Positions 40,402-48,592 of a stretch of DNA of 64,000 nucleotides are shown here, piece after piece; position 1 is the first letter of the stretch, and the number at the start of each line of letters is the position of its first letter. The notes under the pieces are model-generated. The model did no database searches. It saw only the letters and a list, made by a program, of their open reading frames with translations, and was not told where the DNA came from. The translations under genes were made by a program, and so were the position numbers. The DNA is from an uncultured Candidatus Saccharibacteria bacterium (GTDB taxonomy: Bacteria > Patescibacteriota > Minisyncoccia > Phycocordibacterales > Phycocordibacteraceae). The stretch covers positions 8,356 through 72,355 of the forward strand of contig CAZYRK010000001.1 in assembly GCA_964650475.1 (NCBI GenBank), read 5' to 3'.

Positions 40402-40496
40402 TTCACTCCTCCCTTTTTATATACACAATTATGATTTTTAATACATTGTTTATAAATGTATCTCCTGTATAAACTATATCTATTTTAGAGCATTAT

Positions 40497-40556
40497 GTCA
40501 AGCGCGCTGAATTAACTCTTGAACTGCAGTTCAAGAGTTAATTCAGCGCGCTTGAC
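40497..40556. repeat. Perfect loopless 60-bp palindrome
   Basis: GTCAAGCGCGCTGAATTAACTCTTGAACTG|CAGTTCAAGAGTTAATTCAGCGCGCTTGAC. Confidence 0.97.
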
Positions 40557-40657
40557 TATCGCTTGGCAATCTGGCATTATTATTTTTAGATAAAAGATCC
40601 TTTCAAAAAGTCAACCAACAAAAAGTAATACAAACCCTAAACCTAGAGGAGGTTATT

Positions 40658-41173
40658 ATGGGAACAAGACTTTTAACGCAAAGGCTGGTGCCCCGCCAAA
40701 GAGAACCCATGGATATAGAAACTCTGTCGACAATGGTGTCGACGTTTCCGTGGATCGCCGAGCGCATCGGCGAGACACCTGAGTATGTCCACATAGTGGA
40801 TGCTCAGATGTCTATATTAAGTTACCAACCAATGATTGAGGAAGTAATTTGGTTGTTAAACAAAAAAGGCGAGGTTGTTGTGTTTAGCCCGCCGATCAGA
40901 AAGATTTTGTTCTGGAAACTGCCTGCCAAAAGCTCTGTAAATGGTGTTGTACGGAACGAGGAAGTAGGAGATGTTGTTTATCGTCTCGGAAAGGAAGCTG
41001 AAAAAATCCGTATTGTGCTTTCCTACCACCGAGGTAATGAAACAGCGATTGTGTATCTCCTAGGAGATACACAATCGCTGTACGAAAGTCTCGACGAGGA
41101 ATACCAGCGCGAACGCGAAACCTTTTTACAGTTTGCCACGCGCGCAAGTTTGCTAAACAGTGGGCATCTGTAA
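40658..41173 (+). CDS. Hypothetical protein (SD-led)
   Basis: AGGAGG at 40647-40652; 171-aa ORF followed by terminator hairpins. Confidence 0.7.
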   Translation: MGTRLLTQRLVPRQREPMDIETLSTMVSTFPWIAERIGETPEYVHIVDAQMSILSYQPMIEEVIWLLNKKGEVVVFSPPIRKILFWKLPAKSSVNGVVRNEEVGDVVYRLGKEAEKIRIVLSYHRGNETAIVYLLGDTQSLYESLDEEYQRERETFLQFATRASLLNSGHL

Positions 41174-41200
41174 TTTCCGCGTGTTTTCCACCACGCATTC

Positions 41201-41330
41201 AAAGGTTCGTCGTTTACGACGAACCTTTTTCTTTTTAAATCGCACTACATATAAAACTTAATAAACAGTGCGCCTTTATAATTAGTGCCCGTTACAACTC
41301 AAAACGCCCGCCGTTTACGGCGGGCGTTTT
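41201..41330. terminator. Two terminator-like hairpins (41201-41230, 41301-41330)
   Basis: AAAGGTTCGTCG..CGACGAACCTTT and AAAACGCCCGCCG..CGGCGGGCGTTTT. Confidence 0.7.
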
Positions 41331-41398
41331 TTCTTTTTATATTATATTTAAGTGGATTGCTTCCCTATCGAAAACTAAATCTAATGTATGCTTATTAA

Positions 41399-43222
41399 AT
41401 GCTTACACGCCCACAATCCTGCTGTGTAAAAAACGTTTTCAATAACTCAGGAGACGTTTCGCTCACAAGTCTTATTTTCGGCGCGCCCCTTATTTTTACA
41501 GTACTCAGCATTATTGGTTTTTTGTTTCACCTGCCACTACTGTATTTAATAGTTATAGCCACTTCCATAGTAACAATTCTCATTCATTCTTATCATGAGA
41601 TTCGTAACGGAAATTTCTCACTCGAATACATAACACTGCTTGCTCTTTTTGTTAGCGCCGGAACAGAAGAATACCTTGCAGGAGCAATTATCGGCACCAT
41701 GTTTGCAATAGGCAGAGTTTTCGAAAAATACACTCTTGCGAGAGTTTTAAAACCTCTCAAAGATTTTTTAGATTTTATTCCGAAAACTGCTCTGATTAAA
41801 AAAGGCGTTTCAAAAACGCGAGAAACACCTATTACAAGCGTACACGAAGGAGACATTGTTGTGGTACATAATGGCAACGTCGTGCCTTTAGATGGTTGGC
41901 TCCTTTCAGAAAACGCGGTATTAAATATTTCAAAACTAACAAATGAACAGGCTCCGAAAATAATCCTGAGAGATGCATTCATCAGAAGCGGTAGTATCAA
42001 TACTGGAAAAACTTTTGAGTTTTTGGTTGCGAACACATCTGCAACATCAACGTACCACCGAGTAGTCTCACTTGTTACGCGAGCCAAAGTCGGCAGAGCA
42101 CACTTCGTGCGCTCTGCCGAAAAAGCAAACACACCGTTTACAATTTTAATACTCGCCGTGGCACTTGGCACATATTTAATAACACACGACCCTTCTCGCA
42201 CACTTGCGGTACTGGCAGTAGCAACAACAAGATCGCTTACTATCGCTACACCGATTGCTTTTTTCGGAGGTATTTCACAAACACTTCGTTCCAACATTAT
42301 AATCAAACATCCTTCCGTACTTGAAAGCCTTGCAAAGGCTTCCGATATCTTTTTTGACAAAACACGCACCCTGACATTCGGCTCGATACATTTTGTTGCT
42401 GTCGATTTATATAATTCGGATTTTTCCGTCACCAGTGCGCTCGCGTATGCGAGCGCACTGGGGCTCCACTCCACACACCCTCTTTCCGAAGCTGTTGTAA
42501 AAACCGCGCACATATGCGAAACACCGATATATTTCGCAACGAAAGTAACAGAACAAAGCAAAAGAGGTATAAACGGATATATAGACGGAATGCCGGTTTC
42601 TCTTACACATACAATTTCCCAAAAAACCGACTACGATATCGCACTCACTCTTTCTGTAAACGAAATACCATACGCAACATTATTTTTTGCAGAAAACATC
42701 GACACTGACACAAAAAAACAATTCCTAAAACTTTCCAAAACAGGATGTAATATTTCAATTTTTACTCAGAAACAATCTGCGTCGACACGAGTTTTTAAAC
42801 AAACGCCAATAACACTACACACCGGATGCACTTCTGAAAAAAAGAGTTCCTTAATCTCCCGAGCAAAACTTGGCGGGAAAATTGTAGCTGTTGTCGGTGA
42901 CGGAATGAGTGATACCCAAACCCTTTCATGTGCAGACGTGGGGATAATGCTTTCAGGTGCTGAAACAGGTACCTGCGTTTATGCAACAAGTGTTGTCGTG
43001 CTTGGAAATAATCCAGAGCATATACGCACCTTAATAAAGATTGCGAACAAAACCGTTTATATAGCAAAACAAAGTATATATATAGGTATAGGTTTTTCTA
43101 TTATAGGGATATGGTTTGCAACCGCAGGAATCATCACTCCTATTAGCGGAGCACTACTGCAAAAAACCGTAGATGTTTTCGTTACATTAAACACTCTTCG
43201 CAACAAAACAGCTGCACAATAA
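41399..43222 (+). CDS. Degenerate P1B(-5-like) heavy-metal ATPase homolog
   Basis: P1B layout with HP motif, but LTNE, ATTRS, DKTRTLT, FTQK and GDGMSD replace canonical motifs. Confidence 0.8.
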   Translation: MLTRPQSCCVKNVFNNSGDVSLTSLIFGAPLIFTVLSIIGFLFHLPLLYLIVIATSIVTILIHSYHEIRNGNFSLEYITLLALFVSAGTEEYLAGAIIGTMFAIGRVFEKYTLARVLKPLKDFLDFIPKTALIKKGVSKTRETPITSVHEGDIVVVHNGNVVPLDGWLLSENAVLNISKLTNEQAPKIILRDAFIRSGSINTGKTFEFLVANTSATSTYHRVVSLVTRAKVGRAHFVRSAEKANTPFTILILAVALGTYLITHDPSRTLAVLAVATTRSLTIATPIAFFGGISQTLRSNIIIKHPSVLESLAKASDIFFDKTRTLTFGSIHFVAVDLYNSDFSVTSALAYASALGLHSTHPLSEAVVKTAHICETPIYFATKVTEQSKRGINGYIDGMPVSLTHTISQKTDYDIALTLSVNEIPYATLFFAENIDTDTKKQFLKLSKTGCNISIFTQKQSASTRVFKQTPITLHTGCTSEKKSSLISRAKLGGKIVAVVGDGMSDTQTLSCADVGIMLSGAETGTCVYATSVVVLGNNPEHIRTLIKIANKTVYIAKQSIYIGIGFSIIGIWFATAGIITPISGALLQKTVDVFVTLNTLRNKTAAQ

Positions 43223-43293
43223 AACAAAGAACTCTTGCATGTGGATAAACACATTATATTTTTTATGCAAGGTGTTACTGTATAAATAATTGT

Positions 43294-43653
43294 ATGAACC
43301 TCTTAGCTTATCGTGAACATGAAAACCGACCATGGGGTTCGTTTGAACAATTCACTAAAAACGAGCCTTCGACTGTAAAAATAATTTCGGTCAAACCGGA
43401 CAAGCGTCTCTCTTTGCAAAAGCACGCGCACCGCAACGAGTTTTGGTACATAATTTCCGGAAACGGAACAGTAACAATAGGAGAAAAAGAGCTTCAGGCA
43501 AAACCAAACAACTCGTTTGAAGTTCCTGTCCACACGCTTCACCGTATTTCCGCAGGACACGAAGGTATCTCATTACTTGAAATTGCGTTTGGTTCTTTCG
43601 ATGAAAACGATATAGAACGCATTGAAGACGACTTCGGTCGCACCACCCCATAA
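43294..43653 (+). CDS. Cupin, mannose-6-phosphate isomerase type II C-terminal-like
   Basis: RPWGSF, LSLQKHAHRNEFW, HRI, DIERIEDDFGR. Confidence 0.88.
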   Translation: MNLLAYREHENRPWGSFEQFTKNEPSTVKIISVKPDKRLSLQKHAHRNEFWYIISGNGTVTIGEKELQAKPNNSFEVPVHTLHRISAGHEGISLLEIAFGSFDENDIERIEDDFGRTTP

Positions 43654-43657
43654 ATTT

Positions 43658-44848
43658 ATGTTCATACTTATCGCGTACACAATTGCGTTTTTTGTTACCG
43701 GTTTTACTGCCAGTGTTATTGTTGGAATTGTTTTTTTCCCTCCTGTACGGAAAAAAATTATCGAGAAGCTTTCAGAGTTTACAAAACATCATGAGGCAAA
43801 AAAACAACCTGAGCTTTTACTCAAACGACACCAAACAAACCCCATTTTAAAACCTCATGCAAATCTATGGGAAGCAGTGTCTGTAATGAACCCGGCGGCG
43901 ATACACCTAGACGGGAAAATCCATCTTATTTATCGAGCTATAGGAGCTGACGGTGTTTCGCGTCTCGGGTACGCAAACAGTAACGACGGTATAAATTTTG
44001 ATACAGTCCTTCCATATCCTGTTTACGCCGTATTGAACCCCGGCGGAGCCGGTTCAATACGGCGTTACTCCCCTGTTTTATATCCTTCCGGAGGTTCGTG
44101 GGGAGGTTGCGAAGATCCGCGCATGGTCGTGATAGATGAAAATGTGTACGTTACATTTAATCTGTTCGATAACTGGGTACTTCGTATCGGTGTAATATCA
44201 ATAAGCAAAAACAACTTCATTGCAAACCGTTTTAATAAATGGAGCGATGCGATTATCCTTTCGAACAGTAATCGTGAAAAAAACTGGATGTTATTTCCTG
44301 AGAAAATCCACGGGAAATTTGCCGTCTTGCACGGCATCATAGACGAAGATGAAAATAAGGTACGCATAGAATACACAGCCCACCTAAACGACTTATCCAA
44401 ACAAAAGTTTGAAACCGTTGACCCGCAAACAGTGCCTGACAAAAAAATCGCTTGGCATATGCACGTGCGCAGTGCAGGCCCTCCGCCGATAAAAACAAAA
44501 TACGGATGGCTCGTGCTCTATCACGCACACGACCAAGAAGAGTCGAGTCGCTATAAACTCGGAGCAATGCTACTCGACCTAAACGACCCGACAAAAATAT
44601 TACACCGATCTCCGCACCCCATACTCGAGCCCGATGCGGTATATGAAAACGATGGTAAGCCCGGGGTTATTTACGCTTGCGGTGCAGTGATAAAAGACGA
44701 TACGATGTTTGTGTACTATGGTGGAGCCGACAAAATAACTGCAGTAGCAAGCACTCCGGCGGAAGACTTTTTACAAGCACTTGTACAAGACAATACAAGC
44801 GCAGATGATGTGGAACTTTCACTTCATGCAAGTTCCGGAGCAAATTAA
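43658..44848 (+). CDS. GH130 glycosidase/phosphorylase with N-terminal TM anchor
   Basis: NPAA, YRA, GCEDPR, KNW.LFPEKI, YYGGAD. Confidence 0.85.
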   Translation: MFILIAYTIAFFVTGFTASVIVGIVFFPPVRKKIIEKLSEFTKHHEAKKQPELLLKRHQTNPILKPHANLWEAVSVMNPAAIHLDGKIHLIYRAIGADGVSRLGYANSNDGINFDTVLPYPVYAVLNPGGAGSIRRYSPVLYPSGGSWGGCEDPRMVVIDENVYVTFNLFDNWVLRIGVISISKNNFIANRFNKWSDAIILSNSNREKNWMLFPEKIHGKFAVLHGIIDEDENKVRIEYTAHLNDLSKQKFETVDPQTVPDKKIAWHMHVRSAGPPPIKTKYGWLVLYHAHDQEESSRYKLGAMLLDLNDPTKILHRSPHPILEPDAVYENDGKPGVIYACGAVIKDDTMFVYYGGADKITAVASTPAEDFLQALVQDNTSADDVELSLHASSGAN

Positions 44849-44870
44849 AAATTAATTCAAATAAGAAAAC

Positions 44871-46802
44871 ATGTTTATTGTCCGTCGCGAACCAAGCAAC
44901 CCTATACTTTTACCGCACAACACACGCTCGTGGGAAGCTGTTGCCACTTACAATCCATCTGCCATCCGTACAAATGATGGCGTGCGCATATACTATAGAG
45001 CGCTTGGTGACCCGGACACACTTACTACCCCACCGGCAAGTTTCTCCACGGTTGCAACCGCCTTTTCCGAAGACGGGATTCATTTTCATTCACACCGTCA
45101 AGTAATATCTCCCACAGAACCGTGGGAACAATTCGGGTGCGAAGATCCACGTGCTACTTTTTTCGAAGGCAAATGGTACGTATTTTATACCGCACTAGGT
45201 GGCTTCCCTTTTGGTCCGGACAATATAAAAGTCGGTGTAGCTATCGGTGAAAAACCCGAGGAGCTCACCGAACACCGTCTTGTTACACCATTCAATGCAA
45301 AAGCCGCAACTTTATTTCCGGAGCGCATCGATGGTGATGTGGTTTTAATGCTAACAGCTCATACAGATTGGACCGAGGAGCACCCGTACCCGACAATAGG
45401 CATAGCTCGTGCAAAACAAATCGAAGACTTTTTTGATAGCTCGTATTGGGAAGATTGGCATTCAAACATTGAGCAACACGCACTTGCGGAGCTACGCCGT
45501 TCAGACAATGACCATATTGAAGTTGGGGCAACACCTATCAAGACAAACGAGGGCTGGTTGTTTATATATTCTTATATCCAAAATTATTATGATGAGAGCA
45601 AACGTACCTTTGGTATCGAGGCAGCTATTCTTGACCGTGGAAATCCAAAACGTCTAATCTCACGAACGTACCCTATGCTTGTTCCTGAAGAAGTTTATGA
45701 AAAATACGGACTTGTACCGAATATCATATTTCCTTCCGGAGCTACAATAAACGGCAACATGCTTGAGATATGGTATGGAGCCTCAGATACAGTCTCTGCA
45801 AAATGCTACATTCGACTAAACGACATTTTGCGCGCGCTCGACCCTTCGCGCCCTGCGCGCACTCTTATACGTGCACCACAAAATCCGATACTCGAACCGC
45901 GTGGAAACGGTTTTGAAGAATCCGCAGTATTTAATGCCGGCGCGATAGACCTCGACGGCTCGATATATATCTTATACAGAGCAATGGGTAGCGAAAACAC
46001 ATCTGTAATAGGATGTGCGATTTCAAAAGACGGGGTTCATATCGATGAAAGACTTGATAAACCGATATATATTCCACGCGCGGATTTTGAACAGAAAAAA
46101 GGAGGCTCACACGGAAATTCTGGTTGTGAAGACCCACGTCTTTCTTTAATTGATAATCGTATTTATCTTACGTATACCGCATACGACGGTGTGAACACCC
46201 CAAAAGGCGCATTGTCTTCTATATCTGTCGAAGATTTTAAAGCCCGTCGTTTTGAAAATTGGGAAATGCCGGTGCTCATCACACCAGATAATATAGACGA
46301 CAAAGACATTGGTCTTTTGCCTGAAAAAATTGATGGGAACTTCCTAATCTATCACCGCATAGCGAACCATATCTGCGCTGACATACTTCCGGATATTACG
46401 CTTGGGAAACGTATTTCGCGATGCATAGAGATTATGGGGCCACGCGAAGGTATGTGGGATTCAGAAAAAGTTGGTCTTGCAGGCACACCGATTAAAGTCG
46501 AAGACGGTTGGCTCTTTATATATCACGGGGTTTCGCATCGAGGACGATATCGCCTTGGAGTGGCACTTCTTGCGCATGACGGACTTACCATCTTGGCGCG
46601 TACCGCAGATCCTGTTTTTGAACCCGTTAAACCATATGAACAAGACGGGGCTGTTCATAACGTTGTCTTTTCCTGTGGAAGCGTGGTTCGTGATGACACT
46701 GTTTTCGTATATTACGGTGGAGGTGATCGTGTTACCGGAGTGGCAACAGGTAGCATGAAGCACATACTGGACACTCTTCGCGCAAACAAAACATATGTCT
46801 GA
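44871..46802 (+). CDS. Tandem double-domain GH130 protein
   Basis: Two GCEDPR-containing repeats ending WYGASD and YYGGGD. Confidence 0.85.
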   Translation: MFIVRREPSNPILLPHNTRSWEAVATYNPSAIRTNDGVRIYYRALGDPDTLTTPPASFSTVATAFSEDGIHFHSHRQVISPTEPWEQFGCEDPRATFFEGKWYVFYTALGGFPFGPDNIKVGVAIGEKPEELTEHRLVTPFNAKAATLFPERIDGDVVLMLTAHTDWTEEHPYPTIGIARAKQIEDFFDSSYWEDWHSNIEQHALAELRRSDNDHIEVGATPIKTNEGWLFIYSYIQNYYDESKRTFGIEAAILDRGNPKRLISRTYPMLVPEEVYEKYGLVPNIIFPSGATINGNMLEIWYGASDTVSAKCYIRLNDILRALDPSRPARTLIRAPQNPILEPRGNGFEESAVFNAGAIDLDGSIYILYRAMGSENTSVIGCAISKDGVHIDERLDKPIYIPRADFEQKKGGSHGNSGCEDPRLSLIDNRIYLTYTAYDGVNTPKGALSSISVEDFKARRFENWEMPVLITPDNIDDKDIGLLPEKIDGNFLIYHRIANHICADILPDITLGKRISRCIEIMGPREGMWDSEKVGLAGTPIKVEDGWLFIYHGVSHRGRYRLGVALLAHDGLTILARTADPVFEPVKPYEQDGAVHNVVFSCGSVVRDDTVFVYYGGGDRVTGVATGSMKHILDTLRANKTYV

Positions 46803-47568
46803 TTTACCTTCGCAAGCGATACCAAAATGTGTCATGTTTGACTTGGACAATACACTTGCCAAAAGCAAGCAGTCTCTTGACGAGACAATGGCGCAAACGC
46901 TTACAAAACTTTTGAAAGTTACAAACGTTGCAATAACTTCCGGAGGAAAACTTGAGCAACTCGTTAAGCAGGTCGACAACCAACTTGGTGACGAAGCCTG
47001 TCGCGAGAGACTTTTCTTATTACCGACCTCAGGTGCCTCTCTTTACGTACATACCAACAATACATGGACTCGCATATATGAAGAGACTCTTTCTCCGAAA
47101 GAAGAAAGAGAAATTGCAAACGCTATAAAGATAGCAAACGATACTACGCACACTGTCGATTTTAACCAAAGAGCTTATGGAGAGCGAATCGAGTTTCGTG
47201 GAGCGCAAGTTTCTTTCTCTGCGCTCGGTCAAGAAGCTCCGCTTGATAAAAAACTGACGTGGGACAAGACGCGCGCGAAACGCGAAGCGTTTCGCGCGCG
47301 TCTTGCTCCGATACTAAAAAACTACACAGTGCGCATCGGTGGCACAACGACAATCGACATAACAAAAAAAGGTATCGACAAAGCCTATGGAGTACGCAAA
47401 CTTTCCGAATACCTCTCTATTCCAATTAAACAGATGCTTTATGTCGGCGACGAGCTTAAAGAAAACGGCAATGACGAGGTGGTTATTTCAACAGGTATCA
47501 AAACACACCCTGTTACATCTCCGGACGACACGCGAGATTTTATAAAACAATTTATCTTACATATTTAA
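46795..47568 (+). CDS. HAD-IIB hydrolase, eukaryote-type phosphomannomutase-like
   Basis: FDLDNTL, SGG, IEFRG, GGTTTIDI, DKAY, GD...GND. Confidence 0.85.
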   Translation: MSDLPSQAIPKCVMFDLDNTLAKSKQSLDETMAQTLTKLLKVTNVAITSGGKLEQLVKQVDNQLGDEACRERLFLLPTSGASLYVHTNNTWTRIYEETLSPKEEREIANAIKIANDTTHTVDFNQRAYGERIEFRGAQVSFSALGQEAPLDKKLTWDKTRAKREAFRARLAPILKNYTVRIGGTTTIDITKKGIDKAYGVRKLSEYLSIPIKQMLYVGDELKENGNDEVVISTGIKTHPVTSPDDTRDFIKQFILHI

Positions 47569-47580
47569 AGACCCATCCAC

Positions 47581-47625
47581 AAGACCAAACACAGCGCCGG
47601 CTTCGCCGGCGCTGTGTTTGGTCTT
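47581..47625. terminator. 21-bp perfect-stem hairpin
   Basis: AAGACCAAACACAGCGCCGGC-TTC-GCCGGCGCTGTGTTTGGTCTT. Confidence 0.8.
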
Positions 47626-47631
47626 TAGAAA

Positions 47632-48040
47632 GTAATGTGGCGCGGGTTTTTACACTAAGTTTTGCGGACACTTAGTGTCCGCAAGTGTTTAAGTGTCCGC
47701 AAGTGTTTAAAAGCTGTACATTGCGATGAGTTTTGCGGACACTTAGTGTCGGCAGAAGTGTCGGCAGAACTTGCGGACACTTAGCGCAGAACAAGTTGCG
47801 GACACTTAGTGTCCGCAGAAATGTCCGCAGAAATTAACAACTAAAAAGCGCGCGGTACGTTGCGATGAATGTGATAAAACTCGGGAGAGCTTCCTTGTTC
47901 GCGTTTCGTCCGCGTCATGCTGTTTTGTAATGCAGCGCGGGGTTTTGCGGACACTTAGTGTCCGCAAAAGTAATGTAGCGCGGGATTTTGAGGTTTGGAG
48001 AGACCAGCTAACATTTTGGGAAGGTCTAACCTTCCCAACT
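47632..48040. repeat. Mosaic palindromic (REP/BIME-like) cluster A
   Basis: Four full TGCGGACACTTAGTGTC(C/G)GCA copies, several half-sites, one TTGGGAAGGTCTAACCTTCCCAA, shared backbone. Confidence 0.9.
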
Positions 48041-48166
48041 TCATTCCGAAGGTTAAAGTTATACACACACGCACTGTTGATACAGCGTGCTAAAAGAGCG
48101 CATACTATATTAATATAAGGCGTTTTTTCCGTCTGTATTTTACACAATAATCACCAGCACAATAAC

Positions 48167-48586
48167 ATGCATCACAATCTTCGCGAACTCGCAAAAATCG
48201 CAACCGGTTTTGTTCTCGCCGACGCCGTTTTCGGTGTTTGGTTTTCAATGACAGGGCTCTTACCGATAAACTTTTTCGGGATAGAACTCACACAAGCAAC
48301 AATCTTACCCGGCGTCATATTTGATTCTGTAATGGCACTACTTCTGGCGCACTACGGCTGGGGTATAAAACTTCCTGTGCGAAGTGTTCGAGAGCGCACA
48401 TTGTTACGCATAGCTGGAACACTATTTGCAATAGTCGCAATCGGTCACTGGACGCGCATCGCTTTTGGAGCAGATATAGTACTAGGCGGTTGGATGATGC
48501 CGGTATGGCTTTCATGGGTTGCTGTTACTATTACCACTTATCTGTCATATATGAGTTTCCATTTCTCATTTATACGCAAAAACTAA
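48167..48586 (+). CDS. Hypothetical 4-TM membrane protein with internal duplication
   Basis: Two similar halves (IATGF..FGIEL..P / IAGTLF..FGADI..P). Confidence 0.7.
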   Translation: MHHNLRELAKIATGFVLADAVFGVWFSMTGLLPINFFGIELTQATILPGVIFDSVMALLLAHYGWGIKLPVRSVRERTLLRIAGTLFAIVAIGHWTRIAFGADIVLGGWMMPVWLSWVAVTITTYLSYMSFHFSFIRKN

Positions 48587-48592
48587 ATTAAC

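Noticed and set aside
41593-42561. Long antisense ORFs (also 14435-15178, 38030-38857, 49180-49959)
   Set aside because: They are shadows of well-supported genes on the opposite strand.
43240-43248. Perfect DnaA box (TGTGGATAA) upstream of the cupin gene
   Set aside because: It is a single isolated 9-mer with no supporting context.
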